A stretch of DNA of 64,000 nt, taken from positions 1,856,001-1,920,000 of the forward strand of contig OZ251992.1 of assembly GCA_965246885.1 (NCBI GenBank). The letters are read 5' to 3'. This DNA comes from Abditibacterium sp. (GTDB lineage: Bacteria; Armatimonadota; Abditibacteriia; Abditibacteriales; Abditibacteriaceae). Positions 49,869-59,689 of the stretch are shown in pieces; position 1 is the first letter of the stretch; every line of letters starts with the position of its first letter. The position numbers were made by a program, and so were the translations under genes. Under the pieces are notes generated by a model. It worked only from the letters and a program-made list of their open reading frames with translations, was not told where the DNA came from and did no database searches.

Positions 49869-50618
49869 TCAGCACTTTTCCAACGCCCAGACCTCGACTT
49901 CGACGCCGGGCGAATAAAGGACGTGCGGGGCGCCATGCGGAGCGGAAAACCCTGCGGCACGGACGCAGTTCTCGCGCAGAGACAGCAAGCGCGCGCTTTG
50001 AAGGGGGTACGGCTCGTGATGAACGCGCCCGCGAAACAGTTGGCCGCCACGCTTGGAGTAGAGGACGTACCGCTCGGCCAAAAATTCTTCAAGAGAATCC
50101 GGCGCGGCGGGGTGCGGCTTTCCCAACGGCTCCCAGCGCGCGTGGCAAACGGCGGGTTTGGGCGCGGGCCAGAGGCGCGTTGACCAGAAATCGAAGCGGT
50201 TCCCGCGCTCAGTGAGTCTCATGCGCGCCTTAAAGTAGGGCAAGCGGAACCAAGAGCGGGCGGTCAAGACGGCAAGTGACGAAGCGGCGTCGAGGGAGAA
50301 AAACCACACGCCCGGAACACCGTCGCGCAGGACGTAGGTGCGCACGTTCAGTTCAGGAAAGCGGGAGTAGAAGTGCCCGTAGCGTCCCAATTCCGGCAAG
50401 GGGCGCGGGTTGACGCGGGCCATGCGGAACGGCACCAACCCCACATAAGCGCGCCCCTCGAAGGTGTCCAGTTCGAGGCCATCGGGAAGCAAGGCTTGTA
50501 CGGCTTTAGGCGGATATTGCCAATGCAGAAAGAGCAAATTCCGCCAATGTGGGCGCATCACAACCGGCCCATCGGGGCGATAACGCGACACACGCGCGCC
50601 TTGAAGGGAACGACTCAT
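49869..50618 (-). CDS. DUF2071/YqjF family protein
   Basis: WRNLLFLHW, FPELNVRTYV, GVWFFSLDA, FLAERY; ATGA overlap with the upstream gene. Confidence 0.88.
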   Translation of the reverse strand: MSRSLQGARVSRYRPDGPVVMRPHWRNLLFLHWQYPPKAVQALLPDGLELDTFEGRAYVGLVPFRMARVNPRPLPELGRYGHFYSRFPELNVRTYVLRDGVPGVWFFSLDAASSLAVLTARSWFRLPYFKARMRLTERGNRFDFWSTRLWPAPKPAVCHARWEPLGKPHPAAPDSLEEFLAERYVLYSKRGGQLFRGRVHHEPYPLQSARLLSLRENCVRAAGFSAPHGAPHVLYSPGVEVEVWALEKC

Positions 50619-50971
50619 AAGCCGAACCTTGCGGACAATTTGGAAAAGAATGGGCGATTGCGGGCGACGAGGGCGTAGCCAATCTCGATGAATGGTAAGA
50701 AGACGGGCCATTCGCCGATGCGGGCGAGGCGATTCCATTTGGTGAATCTTCCCAGAAACATGACGGCGCGCCCGGCATGAAGCAGGTCTCCGTTGGCTTT
50801 GACGACGTGGATAGCTTTAGTGCACGCGGCGCGCAGGTCGGGCGACAAGGCCACGTCTTGAAAGGGCGCAAATTCGAGGGCGCCAAAGCGGTCGCGCGCG
50901 CCAAGCCACTCGACGCAGCGCCGACAAAAGTCGCACTCGCCGTCCCACAAGACCAAATGTTTCCGGTTCAT
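50615..50971 (-). CDS. DCC-family (DUF393) thiol-disulfide oxidoreductase
   Basis: [16 protein letters not shown]. Confidence 0.88.
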   Translation of the reverse strand: MNRKHLVLWDGECDFCRRCVEWLGARDRFGALEFAPFQDVALSPDLRAACTKAIHVVKANGDLLHAGRAVMFLGRFTKWNRLARIGEWPVFLPFIEIGYALVARNRPFFSKLSARFGL

Positions 50972-50986
50972 TTAAAATCTAAGGCT

Positions 50987-51475
50987 ATGGATAAGTCCAA
51001 GTTGATTGCCATCATCGCCCTTGTCGTCGGAATAGGTGCTATTGCCGCCTTCAAAGAAAAGCCGTTGCCGCCCGATGAGGACGACGACCACCACGACACT
51101 CCCGCCGAAACCACGCCCACCCCGAAGTTCGATGTCGTGGGCGGCGTGAAGGCGCTGGGCATCAAAGACGTCACGGTCGGCACCGGCCCCGTCGCCAAAA
51201 ACGGCGACACCGTCAGCGTTCAATACACCGGCAAGCTGCTCAATGGCACTACGTTCGACTCCTCAGTGGGCAAAGACCCTTTGGAGTTCAAGTTAGGCAC
51301 CGGCGGCGTCATTAAGGGTTGGGACGAGGGCGTTCTGGGCATGAAAGTGGGCGGCAAGCGCGAGCTAACCATCCCCGGCTCGCTCGCCTATGGCTCTAAG
51401 GGCACACATGGCATCCCGCCCAACGCCACGCTTAAGTTTGACGTCGAGTTATTCACCGTCAACGGCAAGAAATAG
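50987..51475 (+). CDS. Membrane-anchored FKBP-type peptidyl-prolyl isomerase
   Basis: [39 protein letters not shown]. Confidence 0.93.
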   Translation: MDKSKLIAIIALVVGIGAIAAFKEKPLPPDEDDDHHDTPAETTPTPKFDVVGGVKALGIKDVTVGTGPVAKNGDTVSVQYTGKLLNGTTFDSSVGKDPLEFKLGTGGVIKGWDEGVLGMKVGGKRELTIPGSLAYGSKGTHGIPPNATLKFDVELFTVNGKK

Positions 51476-51571
51476 GGCGGTGCCGGGAGGTGCTGTTAAA
51501 CTTGCTGCTCCGCAGCAAGCGGGGACGGCACGACTGGCCCCACAAAGCCCCTCCCGTTCATCGCTCCTCGC

Positions 51572-52942
51572 TTATTCTGGCTCGGCGCTTCCCTCCAAGA
51601 TGAGGCCGCGCGTTTGCGGGAAGCGGGCATACCAAAGCTCCAAAGCGTCGTGCAGGTGTTTGGCGTAGCGGTAGTGCGCGCCCAAGCCGGTGCGCAGTTC
51701 CGCTTCGTAGATGAACTTGTCGGCGGTGGTGGTGTGCTCGAAAGCGAATTGCGCGCCGAGCAGAAGCCAGTAAACCCCCTGCGGCCCGACGTGTTCGCGC
51801 GCCGCCGCTTCGGTTTGGCGCTCGCCGATGTCCAACAGGGCGCGCAGTTCCGGGTTGTCCGGCGCTTGGTCGCGGGCGCCGTAGAAACCGCGCGGTTGCC
51901 ACCCGACGGACTTGGAGCCGGTGCGGTGACGGTTGAGGTCGCGCAGTTCGGCCAACGCGACGGCGCTCCAGCCAAAGGAGACGCCCGTCATTTGCAAGTC
52001 GCGGCCAACGGGCGCATAGCGGTTGTCGTGAAAGCGCAAGTCTTGGGCGAAGCGGCGCGCGGCTTCTTCGTCGGAGTGGGTGCCGGGAAGCAGGACGCGC
52101 AACGAGGCGTTAGCGGGCGCTTCGCCCTCGCACGATGGCGCAGTGGGTTGCTCCGTTTCCACACGCAAGGCGCTTTGCAAGGAAGGTTGCGCGGTCGCGT
52201 GCTTGATGAGGCGCGGCGCCACAAGCGCGAGTTCGTCGCGGATGAGCGCGCCCAAACTTTGCGATTCGGGCAGGGGATGAGAGAGCAACTGCTGGCACAG
52301 CCCGACCCACGCGCGCGCGGATTGGACGAGCATGACGTTGGTCTTGAGCGCGGCAGGCAAGAAGTAGCGGGCGCGGTCGAAGGCGTAGTTGCGCTTCATG
52401 CGGGCGACGGTTTTCTGCGCTTTCTCGCTCGAATCGCCCAACAACTCGGCAGGGATGCGCGTGACGGCGGGGTCAGCTTCGGCGACGCCTTCCCAGAACG
52501 TGACGGCGCGCTCGTAGGCCGCGAGCGCTTCGCTCATGGCAGCGTGCCATTGGGCTTGGGCGGGGGCGGGGATGCCCAACTCGCTGGGGTCGGGCAGGTT
52601 ATCGGGCGACAAGCGGATGTAGCGCGTCGAGGACTCCTGCCCACCCGCGAGCGGGCACAAACCCCACACGTGGAAGGCGAGCCACATGGAAACCCCGTCG
52701 AGGAAAATGGCGACCGGCGCCATGTCCGCGACGCTGGCGTGCCCATAGTCAATCATCCGAAAGATGGAATCAACGGACTTATCGGGGTTAGCCGGGTCTA
52801 TGCGGGCGAGGATGGCTTCCAGACCATCGTTCGAGCGGGAATAACGCGCGCCGGTCGCGGCCAAAAGTTCGGGGGTAAGCGCAGGCCGCCCCGCGTCGGT
52901 GGCGGCTTGGGTGGGGCAAAGGGCAACGTGGGTGGCGCGCAT
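51572..52942 (-). CDS. Long two-domain ThyX-like (FAD-dependent thymidylate synthase family) protein
   Basis: ARYSRS, YGHASVAD, QESSTRY, FDRARYFLP, RDLNRHRT. Confidence 0.75.
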   Translation of the reverse strand: MRATHVALCPTQAATDAGRPALTPELLAATGARYSRSNDGLEAILARIDPANPDKSVDSIFRMIDYGHASVADMAPVAIFLDGVSMWLAFHVWGLCPLAGGQESSTRYIRLSPDNLPDPSELGIPAPAQAQWHAAMSEALAAYERAVTFWEGVAEADPAVTRIPAELLGDSSEKAQKTVARMKRNYAFDRARYFLPAALKTNVMLVQSARAWVGLCQQLLSHPLPESQSLGALIRDELALVAPRLIKHATAQPSLQSALRVETEQPTAPSCEGEAPANASLRVLLPGTHSDEEAARRFAQDLRFHDNRYAPVGRDLQMTGVSFGWSAVALAELRDLNRHRTGSKSVGWQPRGFYGARDQAPDNPELRALLDIGERQTEAAAREHVGPQGVYWLLLGAQFAFEHTTTADKFIYEAELRTGLGAHYRYAKHLHDALELWYARFPQTRGLILEGSAEPE

Positions 52943-52977
52943 GAAAGAAGCGGCCCGCAGTTTAGGGCGGGCCGCTT
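52943..52977 (-). terminator. Intrinsic terminator after the metalloprotease gene
   Basis: Minus strand: AAGCGGCCCGC-CCTAAACT-GCGGGCCGCTT then CTTTC. Confidence 0.65.
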
Positions 52978-52984
52978 GGGAGGT

Positions 52985-55777
52985 TTAACCGTCACCCCCA
53001 TCGCCATCGTCGCCCATGCTCGCGTCCGTGCTGTTCTTGACCCTAAAGGCGGCGTTGATGCGGCGCACGGCGTCAGTGGCGAAGAGGCGGGTGAGGGTGT
53101 CGGGCGAGCTTTGCGCAGTTTGCTGAAGGGCGGTGCGCAGCGTTTTGAGATCGCCCTGCGCCAGCAGGCGGGCATCAAGGGGCGCCGTCGGCATCTTGTC
53201 GGTCGCCATTTGGATGAGCAGTTGCAAGTGGTTGCGCGCGAGGTCGCGCTGTAAGTCGTCGTAGACCGTCTTCGGCCCAATTTGCCCCCAGACGCCTACG
53301 CGCGCACTTTGGAACAGTGTCGGGAGCGGCAGAGTTTGGCCGGGGAACTTGAAGTTCCCGTTGGACAAGCGGCGCAGGCGCGCGGAGTCGAAGAGGTCGA
53401 GGAGCAGTCCGGTGCGCAGGTTGGTGATTTGGTCGCGGATGGGAAAGGCGCTTTGAGCGGTGGCGTCGTTGATGTCGAGCAAGTCGGGCGAGGTCTTGGT
53501 GAGGTAAGACTGCGGCACGCGCCATGCGTGCTCATCGAAGACGAAGCGCTTCATCAGGTCGAGGGCGCGCTGCTGCTGGGCCAAGGGGATGGGGGTGAAC
53601 GGCTCGATGCGGGTCTTGTCGCCCTTGACGACGCGGCGCACGCGAAAGCCGCCGATGAAGCGCTGCGTGTTGTCGGCGTCCACCGTTAAGGAAGACAGCA
53701 ACCCGCGCAAGCGGCGGGTGAAGTAAGCGTAGGACTGGCCGGTCTTCGGCTCGCGCTTGCCGAGGGTGTCCAACAGGTAGCGGGTGACGCCAAAGGACTT
53801 CTCGGCGTAAGCGAGCGGGTCGCTGCTAAGGTCGTAGCGGACGTTGGTGGGGTCGTAGCCGTCGGCGAGTTCGTCGCCGTAGTAAACGAGGCCCGGCTCG
53901 CCGTTGCGGTTGGCAATGGCGGGTAAGGCTTTTTCGTTCGCGCTGTAGCCGTAGGCGATGGCCCAGTAGTCGTACTTTCCCGGCCCACGACTGTAAAGCG
54001 GCGCGTGGGTGCGCAGGCCAAAGACGTTGAAGCCGACGTAATCCATGATGCTGGCGGACACATTGTTCGCGCGCACGGTCGCGGGGTCGGCCAGTTGTTT
54101 CGGGGACAGGTACGTGGAGCCGACGAAGTTGTGGCGCAGGCCGAGAATATGCCCGAACTCGTGGCAGACGATGGCGCGCAGAAGATCGTCCACGTATTGC
54201 TCGTCGTTAAAGCGCGGGTCAACGGACTGCGCCGCGTCCAAACCAAGCGCGGCGTTGTCGGCGATTTGCCCGTCCAGTTCGCACGCTTCGCCCGCGACGG
54301 TGCTGCTTGTTTTGGGCGCGCGGGCGCCGTGCGAAGCGAGCGGGTCAATAATTTGGTTCTTTTCGCGGTAGCCGATGCGGGCGAAGTTGGCGTTGACGGT
54401 GATGGAAGCGTTGATGATTTCGCCCGTCAAAGGGTTCTCACGCAGTAGAGCGACGGCGTAGGCGCCGGAACTGGACGGGGGCGAAGCGACCCAGCGCAAG
54501 GTGTTGAAGCGCATGTCGGCGTGGTCGTACTCTTGGTCTTGCTTGGTGGTTTGCTTGGGCGCGTCGCGCACGACGACCGCGCCCTCGATGCCCAGCCGCT
54601 CGAACGTGGCGTTCCAAGAAAGGATGCCCTCGCGCATGGCTTTGCGGTAGCGGACGGGCACGGAGTCGTCTATCAGGAAGGTGATGGGCTTAACCGGCGG
54701 CGACATTTTGGCGTCGGGGTCAGCTTTACGCAGGTTCCACCGGTTGATGTAGTGGGTGCGCGGGTCGGTGGCGGCTTCGTTGTCGAAGTTCTCGAAGCCG
54801 GAGCGGTTAGCGGACAATTGGCCGTTGATAAAGTAGCCGATGCGCGGGTCGGCGAGTCGGGGCTTGTAGCCGTTGTCGGTCGGGAGGCCGTAGACGTTAA
54901 ACGTCACGCGGATGGGAAGTGAGCGCGGGTCGGCTTGGGTGGGCGAGCCGCCGGAACTGCCGGTGCGCCGGAAGTGATAGAGCGACTCCACGACGAGGTT
55001 GGTGGGGAAGTTGCGCAGGCGCTCGATAAAGCTGAGTTCCGGGTCGAGGGCGTACGACCCAGCGCCGGTTAGTTCCGAAAACGGCCCGCCGCGAAAGGCG
55101 GTGTCGAGGCCGGGGATGGAGCCATCGAAGAACGAGGAGAAGTCAACTAACAGGGTCTTCTTCTTGTCGTCGGTCGCCAAAATGGGCGTGATGTCGAGAA
55201 AAGCATCGGGGAAGTCGCGCTCGACGGCGATTTTAAGATTCGGGTCGGTGGAGCGATACCACAAGTTGGGCGTGACGACGGCCAAGCGGTTGTCGGGCGT
55301 TTTTTGCCAGCGCCACACGGTGTCATCGGCGGGGCGCCCCGCAACGGCGCTTCCGGCGTTGCCGGTCGCAAAGGTGGATTGCAAGAGGAAAAGGGGGCCA
55401 ATTTGCGACTCCTTGATTTCGACGAGCAGCTTTTGCTTGTTGTCGGCGGTGCGGCGGTAGATGGTGAACAAGCCCTCGATCTTCTCGTAGTTCTTGGTGA
55501 GTTGCTCGATGGTTTTGGGCTTGGGCGTCGCTTCGGGGTCTGGCGTGGGCGCGGGGGTGCCTTGCGGGGCGGCGGGGCCTTTTTTAGCGGAGCCGGGGGT
55601 GTCGTCTTTGCGCGGGTCTTGAACCGGAGTGCCAACGGGCGTGGGCGTGATTCCCGGCGCGGGTGGGGCGGGTGTGGGAGCGGCAGTGGCCTTGGGAGCG
55701 GGGGTGGGCGGGACTTGGGCGAGGGACGCGCGCGACAGTAGCAAGGGCAGCGCGAGCGCGAGGAAAATTCGGTTCAT
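52985..55777 (-). CDS. Secreted zinc-dependent metalloprotease (EcxA/DUF5117-DUF4953 type)
   Basis: Signal peptide, Pro-rich linker, PRLADPRIGYF, HEFGHILGLRHNF, SIMDY Met-turn, YDYWAI. Confidence 0.9.
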   Translation of the reverse strand: MNRIFLALALPLLLSRASLAQVPPTPAPKATAAPTPAPPAPGITPTPVGTPVQDPRKDDTPGSAKKGPAAPQGTPAPTPDPEATPKPKTIEQLTKNYEKIEGLFTIYRRTADNKQKLLVEIKESQIGPLFLLQSTFATGNAGSAVAGRPADDTVWRWQKTPDNRLAVVTPNLWYRSTDPNLKIAVERDFPDAFLDITPILATDDKKKTLLVDFSSFFDGSIPGLDTAFRGGPFSELTGAGSYALDPELSFIERLRNFPTNLVVESLYHFRRTGSSGGSPTQADPRSLPIRVTFNVYGLPTDNGYKPRLADPRIGYFINGQLSANRSGFENFDNEAATDPRTHYINRWNLRKADPDAKMSPPVKPITFLIDDSVPVRYRKAMREGILSWNATFERLGIEGAVVVRDAPKQTTKQDQEYDHADMRFNTLRWVASPPSSSGAYAVALLRENPLTGEIINASITVNANFARIGYREKNQIIDPLASHGARAPKTSSTVAGEACELDGQIADNAALGLDAAQSVDPRFNDEQYVDDLLRAIVCHEFGHILGLRHNFVGSTYLSPKQLADPATVRANNVSASIMDYVGFNVFGLRTHAPLYSRGPGKYDYWAIAYGYSANEKALPAIANRNGEPGLVYYGDELADGYDPTNVRYDLSSDPLAYAEKSFGVTRYLLDTLGKREPKTGQSYAYFTRRLRGLLSSLTVDADNTQRFIGGFRVRRVVKGDKTRIEPFTPIPLAQQQRALDLMKRFVFDEHAWRVPQSYLTKTSPDLLDINDATAQSAFPIRDQITNLRTGLLLDLFDSARLRRLSNGNFKFPGQTLPLPTLFQSARVGVWGQIGPKTVYDDLQRDLARNHLQLLIQMATDKMPTAPLDARLLAQGDLKTLRTALQQTAQSSPDTLTRLFATDAVRRINAAFRVKNSTDASMGDDGDGGDG

Positions 55778-55839
55778 GGAAAAGGCAGAAAAAGGACTTG
55801 CCACGCCCCCGCGCGGTTGCGCGGAAAAGCGGAAGAGTC

Positions 55840-55945
55840 GAGCGAATCAATTCGCAGCCAGCGAGAGCGTCAACCTTCGTTGACGTAAGACAGGAATTCC
55901 GTCGGCGAAGGCCGAGGTTCTCGCTGGCTGCGAATTAATTCGCTC
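55840..55945. repeat. Long imperfect palindrome, family 3
   Basis: GAGCGAATCAATTCGCAGCCAGCGAGA pairs with TCTCGCTGGCTGCGAATTAATTCGCTC; inner CCTTCGTTGACG/CGTCGGCGAAGG stem. Confidence 0.8.
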
Positions 55946-56722
55946 TTAGTCAAACACCCAGCGCGCCGACACCTGCGGCACGCCCGATTCGGGGTGCGGC
56001 GTCACGCTCATAGGGAGGCCAAAGACGCGTTCCAACGTCTCGGCGCGCAGCACCTCCGATGCGCTTCCGCTCGCGGCAACTCTCCCGCTTTCGTCGAGTA
56101 GGAGGAGCGTGTCGGCGATGCGCGCGGCGAGGTTGAGGTCGTGCAGCGACACGAGGCACGCCAACCCGTCTTCGCGCGCGACCCGGCGCACCACGCCCAG
56201 TATTTCGTGCTGAAAGCGGACATCGAGCGCGCTTACGGGTTCGTCCAGCAACAGTAGGGGCGCGCCCGTTGCCAACGCGCGCGGCAAAAGCGCCCGCCCG
56301 CGCTCGCCGCCCGACAGTTCTCCCAACTTGCGCCCCCGCAGGTCGGGCGCGACACGCGCGATTTGCGCTTCGACCGCCGCCTTGTCCGTCGCCGTTGGCG
56401 TGCCGTAGGGCGGCAGGTGCGGCGTGCGGCCCAGCATCGCCATCTCCTCAATCGTTAGTTCCAGCCCGCCGCCGAAGTTTTGCGGTAACAGCGCCACCAA
56501 GCGCGCGCGGGCACGCTTGTCGAGGGGGAAGGGCGCCCCGTCCCACGTGATGTCGCCGCTTTGCAGCGCGACCAAGCCCGCGAGCGCCCGCAGCAGGGTG
56601 GACTTGCCCGACCCGTTCGGCCCCAACAAGGCGCACATCTGCCCGCGCGCGACGCGCAACGACACGCTTTGCAACACGCGGCGCGCGCCCAACTGGACGG
56701 ACAAGGAGTGGACTTCGAGCAT
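55946..56722 (-). CDS. Iron-siderophore/cobalamin ABC transporter ATP-binding protein
   Basis: GPNGSGKST, LGRTPH, LSGGE, LLLDEP, HDLNLA. Confidence 0.88.
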   Translation of the reverse strand: MLEVHSLSVQLGARRVLQSVSLRVARGQMCALLGPNGSGKSTLLRALAGLVALQSGDITWDGAPFPLDKRARARLVALLPQNFGGGLELTIEEMAMLGRTPHLPPYGTPTATDKAAVEAQIARVAPDLRGRKLGELSGGERGRALLPRALATGAPLLLLDEPVSALDVRFQHEILGVVRRVAREDGLACLVSLHDLNLAARIADTLLLLDESGRVAASGSASEVLRAETLERVFGLPMSVTPHPESGVPQVSARWVFD

Positions 56723-56746
56723 GGCGGGCGAAAAGGATACGGCGCC

Positions 56747-57667
56747 CTAAACCGCGTTCGCCACGAAGCCGAGCGGCACCACGACGCGCAACGCGCGCGG
56801 CCACACGCTGAGCGCAAGGGGCGTGTGTTGGTTGATTTCGCCGTCCACGTTGACCTTAAGGCGCCTGCCAAGGCTTTCGACGCGCAGTTCTTTGGTCTCG
56901 AAAAAGGGGACTTCGGCGGCTTCGATGTGCGAGTCGCGCATCCAATGCCACGCGGCGCGCGCCAACTCCCACTTGGAATCGCCGCCCAGAGCGAAGACGG
57001 TTAGCTCGCTGTCTTGGAGCGAGGCGTCCTCGCTCGCGCGAATCGGCCCCGCGACGTAGCGCCCGTTGGCGACCATGAGTTGATGGGTGCGGAACGTCTC
57101 GCCGCCCTTGTCGCTGACCAAGCGCAAGCGCACCGCGCGGTGCCCCAACGCCACGCGCGCGCCGATGACAGGCCACGACAAAACGCCCAGTTTGCGCTTA
57201 ATCTCTTCGGTGAGCGCTCCGGCAATTTCGGCGCTCAGGCCGATGGACACGGAGTTGAGGAACACCCGCCCGTTGCACTTCCCGACATCCACCGCTTCGA
57301 TGCGCCCGCCGCCGATGGTTTTGGCGGCGCCTTCCAAGTCCACCGACAATCCCAGCGAGCGCACAAAAGTGTTGCCCGTGCCCATCGGAAGCACGCCCAT
57401 CGCTACCTCGCTTCCGGCCAAGAACCCCGCGCACGCCGAGAGGGTTCCATCGCCGCCGCCAACGACGACCAAACGCGCTTTGGCTTCGATTTCGCGGCGT
57501 AGCAATCGCTCCGTTTCGGCCTTGTCGCGCGTGAGGACGGCTTCCTTGACCTCGACTCCCGCCGCGCGTAAGCGGGCGACGGCGTCGCCGAACTGGGCGC
57601 GGCCTTGGCGGGAGTGGCCGTTGACGAGGAGCAACACGGGGGCAGAAGCGGAGGGCGAATCGGGCAT
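56747..57667 (-). CDS. Diacylglycerol/lipid kinase family (YegS/BmrU)
   Basis: GGGDGT, LPMGTGN, NVDGE. Confidence 0.9.
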   Translation of the reverse strand: MPDSPSASAPVLLLVNGHSRQGRAQFGDAVARLRAAGVEVKEAVLTRDKAETERLLRREIEAKARLVVVGGGDGTLSACAGFLAGSEVAMGVLPMGTGNTFVRSLGLSVDLEGAAKTIGGGRIEAVDVGKCNGRVFLNSVSIGLSAEIAGALTEEIKRKLGVLSWPVIGARVALGHRAVRLRLVSDKGGETFRTHQLMVANGRYVAGPIRASEDASLQDSELTVFALGGDSKWELARAAWHWMRDSHIEAAEVPFFETKELRVESLGRRLKVNVDGEINQHTPLALSVWPRALRVVVPLGFVANAV

Positions 57668-57729
57668 AGGCGCCCCTAACGGGGCAAATCGGCTTCCTTA
57701 ACACTTGCGTCTGTTATTGGCGGAAGCCG

Positions 57730-57756
57730 GGAACAAAACGCGCCCGTTAGGTCTTA
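57730..57756 (+). promoter_or_regulatory. Candidate ECF-sigma promoter for the msrB operon
   Basis: GGAAC (57730-57734), 16-nt spacer, then GTCTTA (57751-57756), 16 nt before the ATG. Confidence 0.4.
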
Positions 57757-57772
57757 TATCTTACGCATCGCC

Positions 57773-58750
57773 ATGAAACCACTCATTACCCGCGTCGCTT
57801 TCGTGCTGGCCGCTTCCACTGCAATCCTCGCGTGGAACGCCCAAACCAAAACCAACCAAGCCCAAGCCGCCAAGCCCACGCCTTCCAAAGCGCCGGAATT
57901 CATCGGTCAAAAGGAACAGTGGCTTAACACGGACGGAAAGCGCCTCACCCTCGCTTCGCGGCGGGGCAAAGTGACCATCGTCGAGTTCTTCGCCTTCGAG
58001 TGCTCCAACTGCCGCGCCAACGTGTCGGCCTACAAAACGTGGGCGAATCAGTGGCAAGCGCGCGGCGTCGAAGTCGTCGGCATCCACACCCCTGAACTCC
58101 CCGCCGAGCGCGACCCGAAAAACGTTGCCAAATACGCTCGCGAGGAAGGTTTGACCTTTCCGATTCTCATTGACGGCAACGGTGCCAACTGGAACGCTTG
58201 GAAGCAGCACTTCTGGCCCACCATCTACGTCGTGGACGGCGAAGGACACGTCCGCTTCAAGTGGGAAGGCGAACTCGAATCGGGCGGCGCCAAAGGCACC
58301 GCGCAAGTCAACAAGCAGGTCGAGGCCATCCTCGCCGAAACCGCCACACCGGGAAAAATCATGAAAACAGACGCCGAATGGAAGCGCGAACTCTCGCCCA
58401 AAGCCTATGACGTGCTCCGGCACGCCGGAACCGAAGCGCCTTATAGCGGCGCCCTCTGGGACAACCACGAAGCCGGAACCTACCACTGCGCCGGGTGCAA
58501 CCTGCCGCTCTTTTCCAGCGACACCAAGTTCGAGTCCGGGACGGGCTGGCCCTCCTTCTACCAAGCCCTGAGCAAGGGCGCGGTCATCGAAAAGACCGAC
58601 ACCACCCTTGGCATGAGCCGCACGGAAGTGTTGTGCGCGCGGTGCGGCGGGCACTTGGGCCACGTCTTCGATGACGGCCCCAAGCCGACCGGCCTGCGCT
58701 ATTGCATGAACTCCGCCGCGCTTACCTTCGAGAAGAAGGCCGCGAAGTGA
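57773..58750 (+). CDS. msrB: Exported thioredoxin-like domain fused to methionine-R-sulfoxide reductase MsrB
   Basis: Signal peptide; CSNC, GIHTPE, FWPT redoxin domain; MsrB with [35 protein letters not shown]. Confidence 0.92.
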   Translation: MKPLITRVAFVLAASTAILAWNAQTKTNQAQAAKPTPSKAPEFIGQKEQWLNTDGKRLTLASRRGKVTIVEFFAFECSNCRANVSAYKTWANQWQARGVEVVGIHTPELPAERDPKNVAKYAREEGLTFPILIDGNGANWNAWKQHFWPTIYVVDGEGHVRFKWEGELESGGAKGTAQVNKQVEAILAETATPGKIMKTDAEWKRELSPKAYDVLRHAGTEAPYSGALWDNHEAGTYHCAGCNLPLFSSDTKFESGTGWPSFYQALSKGAVIEKTDTTLGMSRTEVLCARCGGHLGHVFDDGPKPTGLRYCMNSAALTFEKKAAK

Positions 58751-59511
58751 AGCGCCTCGAAGCCAAGCACCCGCTCGCCATTCGCTGGTTTCACTGGATC
58801 AACTTCCCGGTGCTCAGCTTGATGGTGTGGAGCGGGCTGCTCATCTACTGGGCCAACGATGTCTACCGCATCGGCATCGGGCACTGGACGCTCGTCCATC
58901 TCTTTCCGCAGTGGTTCTATGAAAGGTTGGGCCTCGCTATCCCCAACGGTGACGGCACTGATAGCGGGCGCTTGGGCGAAGGGATGGCGTGGCACTTCGT
59001 CTTTGCATGGGCGTTCGCGCTCAACGGCTTGGCTTACGTCCTCTATGTCGCGCTGTCGGGCGAGTGGCGCTACTTACTCCCGACGCGCAAGACGCTGGGC
59101 GAGGCCATCCAAGTGGTCTTGCACGACCTCCACATCCGCAAAGCCCCGCTCCCGCGCGCCAAGTTCAACGGCGCGCAGCGCATCGCTTATACGAGCGTCA
59201 TCGTGATGGGCTTTGGCTCGCTCGTGACGGGGCTGGCCATTTACAAGCCGGTGCAGGTCGGCATCGTCACCCGCATCCTGACCCTCACGATGTTTGGTGC
59301 CAGTGGCTACGAAGTCGCGCGCTGGCTGCATTTCTGGCTGACGTGGGCGTTTTGCGCGTTCTTCCTCGTCCACGTCGCGCAGGTCGTGCGCGCCGGATGG
59401 AACAACTTCCGCGCCATGATCACTGGCTACGAGATCGTCCAAGACGACCCCATGCCGCAACTTGCCACCCCAACCGAAACCGCACCGAAGGAAATTGCCC
59501 ATGTCGCCTAA
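58747..59511 (+). CDS. Cytochrome b/b6-like membrane subunit
   Basis: RWFHWIN, WHFVFAW, KFNGAQR, RWLHF, LVHV (four His); GTGA overlap with msrB. Confidence 0.87.
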   Translation: MKRLEAKHPLAIRWFHWINFPVLSLMVWSGLLIYWANDVYRIGIGHWTLVHLFPQWFYERLGLAIPNGDGTDSGRLGEGMAWHFVFAWAFALNGLAYVLYVALSGEWRYLLPTRKTLGEAIQVVLHDLHIRKAPLPRAKFNGAQRIAYTSVIVMGFGSLVTGLAIYKPVQVGIVTRILTLTMFGASGYEVARWLHFWLTWAFCAFFLVHVAQVVRAGWNNFRAMITGYEIVQDDPMPQLATPTETAPKEIAHVA

Positions 59512-59689
59512 CACCCAAACCGAAATCTTGCCCGAACCGCCCGACCAGCAACATATCCAATGCGCCCAAGGCTGCACGCCCGCGCACCGCAAACTGCGCC
59601 GCGTCATGCTGTCCATTGTGGGCGTGCTCATCCTCGCGATCCTCGGCACGCTTATTTTTATCGCCCACACGGGAGGACTCACGCCGTGA
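59501..59689 (+). CDS. Small single-TM protein with CxxxC...H motif
   Basis: AAGGA upstream of ATG; overlaps both neighbours; HIQCAQGCTPAH followed by a TM helix. Confidence 0.6.
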   Translation: MSPNTQTEILPEPPDQQHIQCAQGCTPAHRKLRRVMLSIVGVLILAILGTLIFIAHTGGLTP

